Positions 30,516 through 41,066 of a DNA stretch of 64,000 bases are shown piece after piece; within the stretch, counting starts at the first letter, position 1, and the number at the start of each line of letters is the position of its first letter. This DNA comes from Promethearchaeota archaeon (GTDB taxonomy: Archaea; Asgardarchaeota; Lokiarchaeia; Sigyniarchaeales; SOKP01), in NCBI GenBank assembly GCA_030599585.1, contig JAUVNS010000002.1, forward strand, positions 1 through 64,000. Reading direction: 5' to 3'. Under the pieces are notes generated by a model that worked only from the letters and a program-made list of their open reading frames with translations, was not told the origin of the DNA and did no database searches. The position numbers were made by a program, and so were the translations under genes.

Positions 30516-30558
30516 ATCTTACATAATATTAACTAGTCACATTTAATTATTAAAGAGA

Positions 30559-32616
30559 CTAAAAAGTCGGGGAATCATTTGAAGAGAGATCAATCCTGAG
30601 GTGGTTTAGGTATCCAAATATTAAATTTCTAGAGTGTTCATATTTAGTGCGGTCAACAATTTTTCCAGGGGTATGAACAAGACTATTTCTTAACCGATTA
30701 AAATTATCTAATTCGATAAGAAAATTCTGATCAATTAGCCAGTTCTTTTCTAAGAAATCTTTCAATTCATGTGTAATTTTACAACCTTTCTGAATATAGC
30801 ATATATCTTTAATAATTCTAAGAAATATACCTAAAGTAGTTTTAGCACCTCCTCTTTCGAGTAGCATAATAAAATAACGCTTTTCATCTTTATCTGTGCC
30901 AGTTTTTAGTAGATTGAGACAATCATAAGTATTGGTCTTTTGAAGAAACATATTCATAATTATCTTAAATATATATTCTATAGTAGATGCTAATTCAATT
31001 ATACATAATTTAAATGATCGTTCATCAAATAAACTATATAATTTGAAGTGCAATTCAGCACTTCTTAAGGTTTCAATTAGATTTTTGGGAAGTTTATTTA
31101 TAAAGTTTAATTTTAAGAATTCATCATCAAATCTTTTAAACCAAATTATGTTTGATATTTTTTTATTATAACCTTTAGATATTTTAATAATATTATGAAG
31201 TAGAAATTCTTCAGGAGAATCTGGTACTACCTTATTGATCAGATGAGTTTCATATTTTTTTAATAAAGTATAAGCTTTATTTATATCTCCTTTGAATGTT
31301 ATTCCAAGAGAAATATAATTTTCTGTAATTGATTTATCTAAATTTAACTTTTTTTTTATAATACTATATTCTTGGTTAGTTGCTAGAGATAAAGCATTCA
31401 TGAAATCCTCTAGAATCCCTAATTTTTTATAAGTCTTAAATGGTTTAATTTCTTTCCTTCGTATCCAAAACTCAGGTTTTATATAGAAGATATAAGTTAA
31501 AATGAAACCAATCATAATTCCTATTTCAATTCCAATAATTGAGCTGTTATTAATTTCATCGATAAATATTAATTTAAGAAAATTCGTATCAAATAGTGAA
31601 AAATCAGAAATATAAGTTAGAATTGACCAGGTAAAAAAAGAAAGCAAAAAGAAGTAAATTGAGTTACCACCCAAATGACTTCCATCCTTACCAAAGTCCT
31701 GACAATCAATTTGAAACATTCTAAACGAAATTATCGATACCGCCCAACCTAACCATCCTAATGCAAAAAAAAACAAAGCGTTAATAGTGATTGAAATATT
31801 CGGTAAAATCAAAAAAACTAAAATTAGGTAAATTAAATATATAAAAAATAGAGAAGTGAAATGAATACGATACCATATATTATCAACATTCTTTAAAATA
31901 ATCCAAATATTAAGAAAAAATAAGAATAGAAACCAAATACTTACGAAAGACCAAAAGAAAAAAGGAATGTATACAATTCTCATATAAATAAGAAATATTG
32001 TTAGAATTATTACTAGAGGGATATTTGCAAAGATTAAGTTCCTTTTATACTCTCTTTTCCATTTTATGACATTTTTATAACCATTTATATTCTGTCTTAA
32101 AATATCTATTATTTTATAATAATCCAAATTAAAATTAATTTTTAAGTCGATTGAAGTTTTAACTAAGTTAACACCTTTCTTTGTTAGTTGGCGTAAGAGA
32201 ATTGTTCCAACGATCACCTCAGCTTTATCCTTCCCAAATTCATTTAAAAGATTCTTTTTTGTTTCAAACCATTTTCTTATTATTGGTTTCTCCCACCAAT
32301 CGCAAAATTCTTCAACAAATTCGACAAAAGGTTGTTGGAGCTTTGCTTGATAAGTTTCGTCATTCCAATTATTAAAAAAGTGAATAAAAAGCAAATTTAT
32401 AACTATATTCGAGAGACATCCGTTCTTTGGTCCAGAATCCCATATATCTAAGATTAAGTCGAATCTTTTTTGACCAATATCTTGTTTTAAATGAATTGGA
32501 GAAGAAAAACTAGAGGATAAATCACCGTAATCATATTTTTCAAATAATTTAATTAATAATCTAATGTTTCTTCTATGCTTATCATTCCAATCTATTGGAA
32601 CTTCTATGTGCTTCAT
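30559..32616 (-). CDS. Multi-pass membrane protein with C-terminal HEPN-like domain
   Basis: About six hydrophobic helices at aa ~193-378, then LRSAELHF...TTLG...RNSLVH. Confidence 0.7.
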   Translation of the reverse strand: MKHIEVPIDWNDKHRRNIRLLIKLFEKYDYGDLSSSFSSPIHLKQDIGQKRFDLILDIWDSGPKNGCLSNIVINLLFIHFFNNWNDETYQAKLQQPFVEFVEEFCDWWEKPIIRKWFETKKNLLNEFGKDKAEVIVGTILLRQLTKKGVNLVKTSIDLKINFNLDYYKIIDILRQNINGYKNVIKWKREYKRNLIFANIPLVIILTIFLIYMRIVYIPFFFWSFVSIWFLFLFFLNIWIILKNVDNIWYRIHFTSLFFIYLIYLILVFLILPNISITINALFFFALGWLGWAVSIISFRMFQIDCQDFGKDGSHLGGNSIYFFLLSFFTWSILTYISDFSLFDTNFLKLIFIDEINNSSIIGIEIGIMIGFILTYIFYIKPEFWIRRKEIKPFKTYKKLGILEDFMNALSLATNQEYSIIKKKLNLDKSITENYISLGITFKGDINKAYTLLKKYETHLINKVVPDSPEEFLLHNIIKISKGYNKKISNIIWFKRFDDEFLKLNFINKLPKNLIETLRSAELHFKLYSLFDERSFKLCIIELASTIEYIFKIIMNMFLQKTNTYDCLNLLKTGTDKDEKRYFIMLLERGGAKTTLGIFLRIIKDICYIQKGCKITHELKDFLEKNWLIDQNFLIELDNFNRLRNSLVHTPGKIVDRTKYEHSRNLIFGYLNHLRIDLSSNDSPTF

Positions 32617-32651
32617 AACTAAAACTATTTTTTAATAAAATGTTAAAATAT

Positions 32652-35483
32652 TTAATTGCTTTTAATTGTCAAAATTAATTTGGATATATTATTATTTGAT
32701 TCTTCAAGTAATTTAAAAATCTCTTCTCTTTCAAAAGTGGATAACTCAGTTCTTTTAAATTTTGATCTTAACAAATTTATGCGATCTCGTATTAATTTTG
32801 AATGTTCTAAGCAAGATCTTCTCTCTTCTGATATTTTGATTTTCTTAACTAATCCAGTAAATAATATTTGAATTCGCTTTTTATCCTCAATTTCTTGATT
32901 TAGAATTTGATCAATTATACTACTTTTTACTGGATCATTAATTATAAATTTAAATTTTTTAATCATATTAGCTTTCAATATCTTTTTTTTAGAGACAAAT
33001 TTTTTGTCAATATTATTCCTTAACCAGAGAAAAGTCATGTTTTTGATTTTCTCTTTCATTAAAATTAATTCTCTACCTCCTTTCCCTGTGTAAACTCCTA
33101 ATTTCGATAATTCAGAGTTTAATACTTCAAAATGTTCGAATATATCAAATTTTTCAATAATATAAAAGTCATTCTCTAAGCCATTTTCTACTAAAAATTC
33201 TTCCATAAGATCATAAAGAAATCTGTATGTCGAAATTTGATTAAAATCAATGTTAAAGATTTCACAAATTTCTTCGTGTTTAATCTCATTATTCACCATA
33301 TTTATTAACAATTTTAGATCTTTTAAATCAAATGGTTTATTCAATTCATACTTCGATTGAATATTAATTTCTGATTTTAATCTACTTAATTCCTTAGTAG
33401 TTAAATCTTTTGGGAACTGAACGATTTTGATAAAATTCTTTGAGTTAAAGGCTGTATCTGTTAATATTGGGCTTAAAATATTAGATAATTTTATTGTTGC
33501 TAACCTTTTATTTCCATCTATAATATTACCATAATAAGAGACAAGTATTGGATCAGTCTGCCCTTTATTTTTATACATTTTAACATATTCATTCGATTTT
33601 TCATCAAAGTTTAAATAATTAAGAATTATTTTTTCAAAAATAGGATAATTTTCGATATTATCTTTAGAAATATGAATTCCAATCCTCCTTTCAAATTGAT
33701 TAATAATGTGTAAAAAATAGTCGCTATCAATATCTAATTTTAAGTATTTAGCTTCAATTTGTTGAATTGGGAAACTATAATGTTTAAAATTCCACAGATT
33801 GATTTTATCGATTGAATCTTCAACATCAGTTATTATTATCTCTAAGTTTTCCTCGCGGAATTGAAATTTTTTATAATTAATGAGAATTTCATATAATTCT
33901 TTCGAATTGACATGAAGTTCTCTAAAAGATTCTTGAACTTTTTCATTCTCCATAATATTTTTCAAGATACTTTTAGCTAAGGATATTTTTTCATTTTCAA
34001 TTAGGTATTTTGATTTTAATATTTGGGAAAATATCATGTGTTCAAGAGGTATATAATCAAATTTATTGTATAGCTGAAATAAATGTTTTAATATTTTTAA
34101 TGCGGATTTGTTATTTCCTTTTGAACTTTTTTCTCTGGCTACAAGATATAATTTGTATCTTTCAAGATTTTTAATTTCTTTGAATTTATGGCTTAATGAT
34201 CTTTTGTTTTGATAGTATAATGCTTTTTCAACCCTTTTTAAAGCATTTGTAAAATCTGATTGTTCAAAAAGCAATCTTGCTTGAACTTCTTCTCTATAAG
34301 CGTTAATAATAAAAAAAATATCTTCTACAAAATTACCTTTTAATAGAGAAGAGATCGATTGGTATTGGTTTCTTAGAAAATTATTACAAATATTAAGACA
34401 ATCTTGATATTCATTTTTATATAATGAATTTTTCACTTTGACATAAATATATTTTAATAATGAACGGTAATATCTTTTTATATACTTTTCCTCTTTGAAA
34501 GAAGTCAGATCTTTATATGATTTAACATAAGAAGCTAACGCGATTTCTTGATCTTCAAATCTTTTCTCTTTTTTATAAAAGTATGCTAGACCTTCATAAT
34601 AATATGCTTCTGATATCTTTTGTTCATATTTTTTGTTTCTTAATTTAAAAAAATATTGAGCAAAATCATAACAAATTAAAGACAATTCTTTATTATCATT
34701 GAAATAGCAAATCTGGCCAATTGTATAGAAATATTTGGAAAAACAGAATTGAATTATTTTATCATCATAGCCCATTGCAATTTTTATTGATCTCATATAA
34801 AGTTCAGATTTTTTTCTTAAACATTCATTATTTTTTTCTGTTAATTTCCTTGCTTCGTCTAGGTAATAATTTAATAGTTTGCGATCTCCTCTATTTTTAA
34901 ATCTATAAAATTTATTATCCTTATATTTTTCTGCTAATGTTGCGATAACTAATATTTCTTCAATATCTTCTGACAATAATGATTCTAAATCATCTTCAAA
35001 ATCCAAGAAATAACTCAATTTTTCAAAATGATAATGAGAAATTATTCCTTTCTTTTTCAAAAGTTTATTATAAATAGCTTTGAATACTTCATATTTAGAA
35101 CATGAGAACCCTAATTGCTCAAAATCAGCTAATACTATTTCTAATTCATTTTTTGTTCTAATAACAAAGCCACTTTTACCTAAACCGAGTATCATGTTTG
35201 CAAACATTCTTTTATAAGTAATTTTCAATGCTTCTTTATTTCCGGGGAACAGCTTAAAAAAAGTTTTAAGTGCATTAATAGAATCTATATATAACGCGCT
35301 ATGACAATTTTCTGCATTTGTTGTTATTTTTTCAAAAAGGCGCCAACCTAAAGCTTCTTTATCTAAATTACGTTCTCTGATAATTAAGCGAATCGCATTA
35401 TCATTAAATTCTTTATTAGTAATAATTAAATTATATATCTCTTCTATATACTTATCATTAAGGAGTTCTTCTTTTAGATTCAT
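32652..35483 (-). CDS. Helical/TPR-like repeat protein fused to a ParB/Srx-like C-terminal domain
   Basis: Long alpha-helical repeat region, then GQTDPILV...IIDGNKRL. The C-terminal third is visibly homologous to 38624-39883. Confidence 0.7.
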   Translation of the reverse strand: MNLKEELLNDKYIEEIYNLIITNKEFNDNAIRLIIRERNLDKEALGWRLFEKITTNAENCHSALYIDSINALKTFFKLFPGNKEALKITYKRMFANMILGLGKSGFVIRTKNELEIVLADFEQLGFSCSKYEVFKAIYNKLLKKKGIISHYHFEKLSYFLDFEDDLESLLSEDIEEILVIATLAEKYKDNKFYRFKNRGDRKLLNYYLDEARKLTEKNNECLRKKSELYMRSIKIAMGYDDKIIQFCFSKYFYTIGQICYFNDNKELSLICYDFAQYFFKLRNKKYEQKISEAYYYEGLAYFYKKEKRFEDQEIALASYVKSYKDLTSFKEEKYIKRYYRSLLKYIYVKVKNSLYKNEYQDCLNICNNFLRNQYQSISSLLKGNFVEDIFFIINAYREEVQARLLFEQSDFTNALKRVEKALYYQNKRSLSHKFKEIKNLERYKLYLVAREKSSKGNNKSALKILKHLFQLYNKFDYIPLEHMIFSQILKSKYLIENEKISLAKSILKNIMENEKVQESFRELHVNSKELYEILINYKKFQFREENLEIIITDVEDSIDKINLWNFKHYSFPIQQIEAKYLKLDIDSDYFLHIINQFERRIGIHISKDNIENYPIFEKIILNYLNFDEKSNEYVKMYKNKGQTDPILVSYYGNIIDGNKRLATIKLSNILSPILTDTAFNSKNFIKIVQFPKDLTTKELSRLKSEINIQSKYELNKPFDLKDLKLLINMVNNEIKHEEICEIFNIDFNQISTYRFLYDLMEEFLVENGLENDFYIIEKFDIFEHFEVLNSELSKLGVYTGKGGRELILMKEKIKNMTFLWLRNNIDKKFVSKKKILKANMIKKFKFIINDPVKSSIIDQILNQEIEDKKRIQILFTGLVKKIKISEERRSCLEHSKLIRDRINLLRSKFKRTELSTFEREEIFKLLEESNNNISKLILTIKSN

Positions 35484-35570
35484 TTTTTTACACCGATTTT
35501 TTCGTTATTAATACAAATTGGAATTGGAAATCATTTAATTTAGAAATATGGTTTTAAAAATCATATATAA

Positions 35571-36647
35571 CTATTTTAAACCATCATTTTCATAATTATC
35601 ATTTTCTCTTTCAATATCTGAAAATTTCATAGTTTCGTGCCTAAAACTGTCAAATGGAACTTCTACTTCATATAATGTAGGTTTCAAGGGTATTATTCCA
35701 TTTTCAACTAAATAGTGAACATTATTGAATTTCTTAAGAGTATTATTTTTTAAATTGACAAAATATATCCAATAATCTTCATTAAATTTAATAGAAGTTG
35801 AGTACTCATTTCGCGAGAGAAAAAAGCGTGAGTTTAGGCTATTAGTTGTTTTGACTTCTATATATTTACTACTCCCATCTTTATTAACAGATAAAATATC
35901 ATAACCCTTGTCAACATAATCTCTTGCGATTAGTCTAACACGGTTTATTAAATTTGGATCAGGAAATTTATTTACCTCTTGTTTTTCTAATCTAAAAGCT
36001 ATATTCTCTCCTAAAGTCCCGATAATTTTTTGTTTTTTTAAGATTTTTTCTAAATCATCCTCAGTAAATTTTTTTCCCATTAAAATTTTCTTCCAATAGT
36101 CCTCATAATCCAAAATTTCAGGGTGAAATTCAACCAGGTTTTCTGAAATTTGAAGATTAGCCTCCCAATAGTGATTTAGATTTGTAGATAATTCGAAGAA
36201 ATCATCCTCCATAGAATCAGACAATAAATTCAATGTTTTTAACATCGAAATAAGAACAGCGCAATATTTTGAACTGTGTAATTTATAAATTAAAAATCTG
36301 TCTTCTTTTTTTATTGCATATTTTTGTAAATCTTCAAATATCCAATTATTTAGCATAAACTCTTCAATTAGTTTCATCTGTAAATCTGTTATTTTTATTA
36401 AAGAATCTTGATCTGAATGACTTAAATAGTGTTCTCCAAATTCAGTTAAATGAATGATATTATTCTCATTAGAATAAAAAAAATTTAAGGTTTTTCCTAA
36501 TTTTAAACCTAAATCTGAATCACACGTACTAAGCAAGGGATTTTCCTTAATATATCGATCAAATTCATTATAGGGCATTCCTACCCCGATTGCCCTATAC
36601 TCCAATACTTTTTTTAAGATTAAATTAAATTGCCATAAAAAAGTCAT
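35571..36647 (-). CDS. DUF3883 (NO VEIN C-terminal-like) PD-(D/E)XK nuclease
   Basis: GTLGENIA...GYDILS...YIEVKTT...FFLSRNE...YWIYFV. Confidence 0.8.
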   Translation of the reverse strand: MTFLWQFNLILKKVLEYRAIGVGMPYNEFDRYIKENPLLSTCDSDLGLKLGKTLNFFYSNENNIIHLTEFGEHYLSHSDQDSLIKITDLQMKLIEEFMLNNWIFEDLQKYAIKKEDRFLIYKLHSSKYCAVLISMLKTLNLLSDSMEDDFFELSTNLNHYWEANLQISENLVEFHPEILDYEDYWKKILMGKKFTEDDLEKILKKQKIIGTLGENIAFRLEKQEVNKFPDPNLINRVRLIARDYVDKGYDILSVNKDGSSKYIEVKTTNSLNSRFFLSRNEYSTSIKFNEDYWIYFVNLKNNTLKKFNNVHYLVENGIIPLKPTLYEVEVPFDSFRHETMKFSDIERENDNYENDGLK

Positions 36648-36666
36648 TTAAATTACCCGAAATTAA

Positions 36667-38616
36667 TTAAATATCATCATAAAAAATTTCAAACTCTTCA
36701 GCATCAGGTTCGTTTGAAAAACCAATAAAAGATTCTGTATCATTTAGAATATGAAGCATATCTATTTCTTTTTCAATTAAGCGATTATGGATTTTATGAT
36801 CGATCGTTCCTTGAGGTAGATCGTCAGAAACTGATACTAAATAATAATATGTGATCTGATCATCATCTTCTAAACCAATTCTGTGAATTCTATCTTTTGA
36901 TTGAATAAATTGGCCACAATTATAAGACCTATCAACATAAATTGCATCGTGGCATACTTTATGGAGGGAAATTGATTCTGCGCAAGCTTGCGGATTAGCA
37001 ATTAATATAGAAAACTCATGAGGATCTTTTTTAAACCGGGAAATATAGTCTTCTCGGGATTCTTCGGTATAAATACCATTTCTTAAATCTTTTGCTTTAG
37101 ATTTAGGAGTATCTCCAATGATTAGAAAAACATGATCCTCCCCAAATTCCTCCTTGAAGAACTCATATAAGGTCTCAAGATTAATTATAAACTCGGACCA
37201 AATTAGGATTTTCTTTATATTTTTTTCATTTTTTAATTTTCTTACTAATTCAACTGTTTTTAACAATTTTGGGGAACATTCATAATTTGAATATATCTCC
37301 AAATTATTAATTACTTCCAGAATTTGATTGTCTGCTTCAATATTCTGAGATTGCCCAGCAATTTCATCTTTTAAAGATTCTAAACCATATTCTGTAGATT
37401 TTTCCATTAGTAAATTTAAATTTGAAGAAATTTGTCTTAATCTAACAATTAAACAATTTTTGTAACTATTTATTATCTCAAAATGAACTAAATTTTCAGC
37501 ATATTCGATAATATCCTTCCATCTTTCACTTACTAACTTATACAATGCTAATTGAGATGGAGAAAGGGGCACTTGAATCACCAATTCCTTTGGTTTTGGT
37601 AGATTCATTTGCGTTTTAGAGATTCGAGTAAAAAAAGGGTAAATTTTTTCTTTTATATCTTCTATAACTGAAGGGTTGGAGTTTCTAGTAAGATATTTAA
37701 AATGATTTTTATCACCTAATAATGCTCCAGGATATAAAAATGAGAATTGTGCAAAAAGATCATGAATATTATTTGGGACGGGTGATCCTGTTAAAATAAT
37801 TTTTGCTGAGCTATAAGGAGATAATCTGAGGATCGCAGAGGATCTTTTACCATCAATATTTTTGATATTATGAGATTCATCCAATACCAACACAAAACTA
37901 TATTTACTGAGTAGATCAATCAGATATCTTATATCTCTACGAGCAGTTTCATATGTTGTTAAAAATATATCAGTATCCGAAATAAGTGTCTCATCATTAT
38001 AATATTCTATCCTATCCTTTTTTCTACCATGAATTCTAATTAAGTTTGGAAGAGGCTCTTTAAAACATTCCTTGATTTCTTCTTCCCATGGCATCAATGA
38101 ACTATAAGGTCCAATTACAAGCAATTTATCAACAATCCCCTCATTTTTCAAAAAATCAAATCCTGCTAATACTATTGTTGTCTTTCCACTTCCAGGAACA
38201 CTAAAGTTTGCCACGCATTTTAATTCTATAAAATGATATACCGGCATCCTTTGATAATCAATTAATATTCTTTTAAAAGAAGGAGGGTTTTCTGAAAAGA
38301 TATTATCATGTTCTTTTATAGATTTGCCAACTTCAACTAAATCTATAATATCAACACGAGTTTTCAAATTAGTTAGAAAATTTTCTAAAACTTGTGTCTT
38401 TTTAATTTTATAATCTTTTTGTTGTTTTAAATACTCAAAAGAAAGAAGGGCTAGTTCATGATTTAATTCAAAATTTTCGAAAGTATATTGAGTGTCTTTT
38501 GGATTAGAGACTTTGTACCCATAATTATTCAATTTTACTCTAGTTTTAGCATTTGGTTTTTCTTCAAATCTTAAGATAAGGTTTCTTCTTTCATAATCCG
38601 CTATAATATTGTTCAT
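36667..38616 (-). CDS. SNF2-family helicase
   Basis: NFSVPGSGKT, DESH, LTGSPVPN, AESISLH, QSKDRIHRIG. Confidence 0.85.
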   Translation of the reverse strand: MNNIIADYERRNLILRFEEKPNAKTRVKLNNYGYKVSNPKDTQYTFENFELNHELALLSFEYLKQQKDYKIKKTQVLENFLTNLKTRVDIIDLVEVGKSIKEHDNIFSENPPSFKRILIDYQRMPVYHFIELKCVANFSVPGSGKTTIVLAGFDFLKNEGIVDKLLVIGPYSSLMPWEEEIKECFKEPLPNLIRIHGRKKDRIEYYNDETLISDTDIFLTTYETARRDIRYLIDLLSKYSFVLVLDESHNIKNIDGKRSSAILRLSPYSSAKIILTGSPVPNNIHDLFAQFSFLYPGALLGDKNHFKYLTRNSNPSVIEDIKEKIYPFFTRISKTQMNLPKPKELVIQVPLSPSQLALYKLVSERWKDIIEYAENLVHFEIINSYKNCLIVRLRQISSNLNLLMEKSTEYGLESLKDEIAGQSQNIEADNQILEVINNLEIYSNYECSPKLLKTVELVRKLKNEKNIKKILIWSEFIINLETLYEFFKEEFGEDHVFLIIGDTPKSKAKDLRNGIYTEESREDYISRFKKDPHEFSILIANPQACAESISLHKVCHDAIYVDRSYNCGQFIQSKDRIHRIGLEDDDQITYYYLVSVSDDLPQGTIDHKIHNRLIEKEIDMLHILNDTESFIGFSNEPDAEEFEIFYDDI

Positions 38617-38623
38617 TGTTTAA

Positions 38624-39883
38624 TTAGTCCTCATCATCCTCTTTTAATAAGAAAATAATATCATTTATCTTCTCTTGATTTTGCTCCATTATTCCCAACA
38701 ACCTTTCTTCATCGATTTCAGTTTCTCCTTCATCTATAACATTTTGGATTCCATCTAATTTATCAGAAATCTGTTCAGCAAGAGTATAGATTTTTTCTTC
38801 CTTCTCACCTTCACGTATAGAATTAATTGCTGCTGTCATCAATTTATGGACTTCTCTCTTTCCTGAGACATTTTCATCCAGAGAGAGCACTTTTTCCACA
38901 GTATTTCTTAAGTCATTTCTATGTACAACTGAATTCAATTTTCTGATAACTTCTCTACTTTTCATTACCTTTTTTTCGGCAATCATTTCTGGATCTATGT
39001 TATTTTTTAACCATTTAAAAGCTAATTCTTGCATTAAGTCTAGTTCACGATCTAATTCAACTCCCTGTAAACCTGTATATCGAGCATGGCCTCTATTTAA
39101 CTTTCGCAGCTCTCTAAAATGATCAAAAAGATTTCTTTTATCGATTATTGTATACTTCTTCTCTATATCATTATCTTCCAAATAAAGTTCAATTAAATTC
39201 AAGACTTCTTCAAATTCTTCAACATCAGCATCAAATAGGTTGAACATTTTTGCTATCTCAGTTTTACTATAATTAAATGATTTTAATTTTCTTACAGCAA
39301 GAGCCTGATTTATTAAGGTATAATTTACTCTTTCATCTATAAATAATTGATTAAAAGTCTGAATTGCAAGCAACTGGCTTTTGGATAATCCTGAATCTAA
39401 CCTTACTACATCCATATGTTTATATTTATCATAGTTTCCTTCAGTTTTTACTTTTTCTTCCTGATACAATTGCCTTATAACCATATATCTTCTATTGCCG
39501 TCCAGTATTATCCCACCGTTAGTGATAATACCTGGGACTTCTTGTTGAGTATTAGAAATACTTTTCTTCAATTTTGATGTTTTTGTTTTATCAGATCCAC
39601 GCTGAAGTGTATCTTCAAATATTCCTGCATAAATCTCGCGATCTGACAAATTTTCAAAGTCCAATTCACTTCCTAATTTATTTAGTTCTTCTATTAACTG
39701 ACCCTCAATTCTCATATTATCAAAATTATATGTTAAAAATTCAATTGGAACTTTAACTACTTTTAAATCTTTCATAGTACCATCGAACCATCTTATCCGA
39801 TGTGTTCTTTCTGTAATTGCTATAACTCCATTAATTTCAATAAAATTATTTATTCTTAACGAATTCTCCTCTTCAAAAACCAT
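38624..39883 (-). CDS. ParB/Srx-like domain protein
   Basis: YNFDNMRI...QQEVPGIIT..GIILDGNRRY, followed by an HTH-like segment (SKTEIAKMF). Confidence 0.75.
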   Translation of the reverse strand: MVFEEENSLRINNFIEINGVIAITERTHRIRWFDGTMKDLKVVKVPIEFLTYNFDNMRIEGQLIEELNKLGSELDFENLSDREIYAGIFEDTLQRGSDKTKTSKLKKSISNTQQEVPGIITNGGIILDGNRRYMVIRQLYQEEKVKTEGNYDKYKHMDVVRLDSGLSKSQLLAIQTFNQLFIDERVNYTLINQALAVRKLKSFNYSKTEIAKMFNLFDADVEEFEEVLNLIELYLEDNDIEKKYTIIDKRNLFDHFRELRKLNRGHARYTGLQGVELDRELDLMQELAFKWLKNNIDPEMIAEKKVMKSREVIRKLNSVVHRNDLRNTVEKVLSLDENVSGKREVHKLMTAAINSIREGEKEEKIYTLAEQISDKLDGIQNVIDEGETEIDEERLLGIMEQNQEKINDIIFLLKEDDED

Positions 39884-40119
39884 AATTTAAACCATCCTAA
39901 TTTAAAGATTTTTTTATATTTAATATATTGAGAGATTCCACCATAACAAATGAAATAGATCATATATTTGTCTTTAGTAAATTCATAAAACTATTCTTTT
40001 CAAATTAAAACTATAATAATTTGATGAACAAAAATTATTTAAATTTATACAATGCCGTAAATTTGTGTATTCCTGATGTAAAAAAAAATCCTGCTTTTTA
40101 CAATTTAAAATCATTTCTT

Positions 40120-40239
40120 TCATTTTTTTTTTAAAGCAGCCCTTTGAGCTCTCGATTTAAAACCCTGGTTTTTTCCGCTCTTATCTGCATGAGATTGTAT
40201 CCTACGAGCTGCTTTTGAACTCATCTTACTTTTTCCCAT
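40120..40239 (-). CDS. Small basic 39-aa protein, SMP/LEA-like 'RIQS...GF..RAQ.AA' family (absent from ORF track)
   Basis: Translates MGKSKMSSKAARRIQSHADKSGKNQGFKSRAQRAALKKK*. Perfect RBS GGAGGTGA at 40252-40245. Confidence 0.8.
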   Translation of the reverse strand: MGKSKMSSKAARRIQSHADKSGKNQGFKSRAQRAALKKK

Positions 40240-40381
40240 ACTTTTCACCTCCTTTTGGATTACTGTTTTTTCTCATATTAAAATTAAAATCATTATTATA
40301 TTTAAATATTATTGTTTTTTTCTAATAATATTGAGAAAAAGTAATATTTATTAATACGGACTGATAATATTAATTAAAAGA

Positions 40382-41065
40382 ATGAGATTAAGTGATCCTA
40401 TGAAAATCCAAATCGCTTCATTTGCGTTAGTGCCTGACCATATTTTTATAGCTGAAAGATATTTTCATACTGAGAAAATAATTCTGATCTTAAGCGAAGA
40501 GAATAAGGAAAAACAAGCCAATAACAATGAGGAAATTAGCTCTAAAATTAATGAGGTGATTGGATTCTATGAAAAATTAAATGTTCCCGTAGAAAAAATA
40601 TATGTGAATTATAAGAACTTTATGGAAATGACTTTGAAATTAGCCAGATTACTTAAAATGTTTTCTCCTGATGACCAAATTTTGTTGAATCTTAGCGGTG
40701 GTCGTAGGTCAATCCCGATTTCTTTAATATATGCGGGAACCTTTATTAGTAATTTCAAGGATATTAATATTAAATGTGTAGTTATACCTGAAGACAAGAC
40801 TTATACTCCATTTAACTTGTTACCAAATTATTTACCGGACGAAATCGATATCAATCTAATGTCAAGGTTACCACAGAATTTAACCCTAACTGATTTAGAA
40901 AAGGATTTAGGAATAAAGCAACCTACAATATCAATTAGGTTAAAAAGGCTTGAAAAGTATGGATTCATAACCATGAAGGGAAGAAAAAGAGAATTAACGG
41001 ACTTAGGACTATTAATGGTCGACATTACTAATCTGGAATTCAATAAAGAGGATGAGGTAAACTAG
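40382..41065 (+). CDS. CARF + winged-HTH transcription regulator (Csa3-like)
   Basis: CARF motif LNLSGGRRS; C-terminal LTDLEKDLGIKQPTISIRLKRLEKYGFI...LTDLG. The start is probably the ATG at 40400. Confidence 0.8.
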   Translation: MRLSDPMKIQIASFALVPDHIFIAERYFHTEKIILILSEENKEKQANNNEEISSKINEVIGFYEKLNVPVEKIYVNYKNFMEMTLKLARLLKMFSPDDQILLNLSGGRRSIPISLIYAGTFISNFKDINIKCVVIPEDKTYTPFNLLPNYLPDEIDINLMSRLPQNLTLTDLEKDLGIKQPTISIRLKRLEKYGFITMKGRKRELTDLGLLMVDITNLEFNKEDEVN

Positions 41066-41066
41066 T

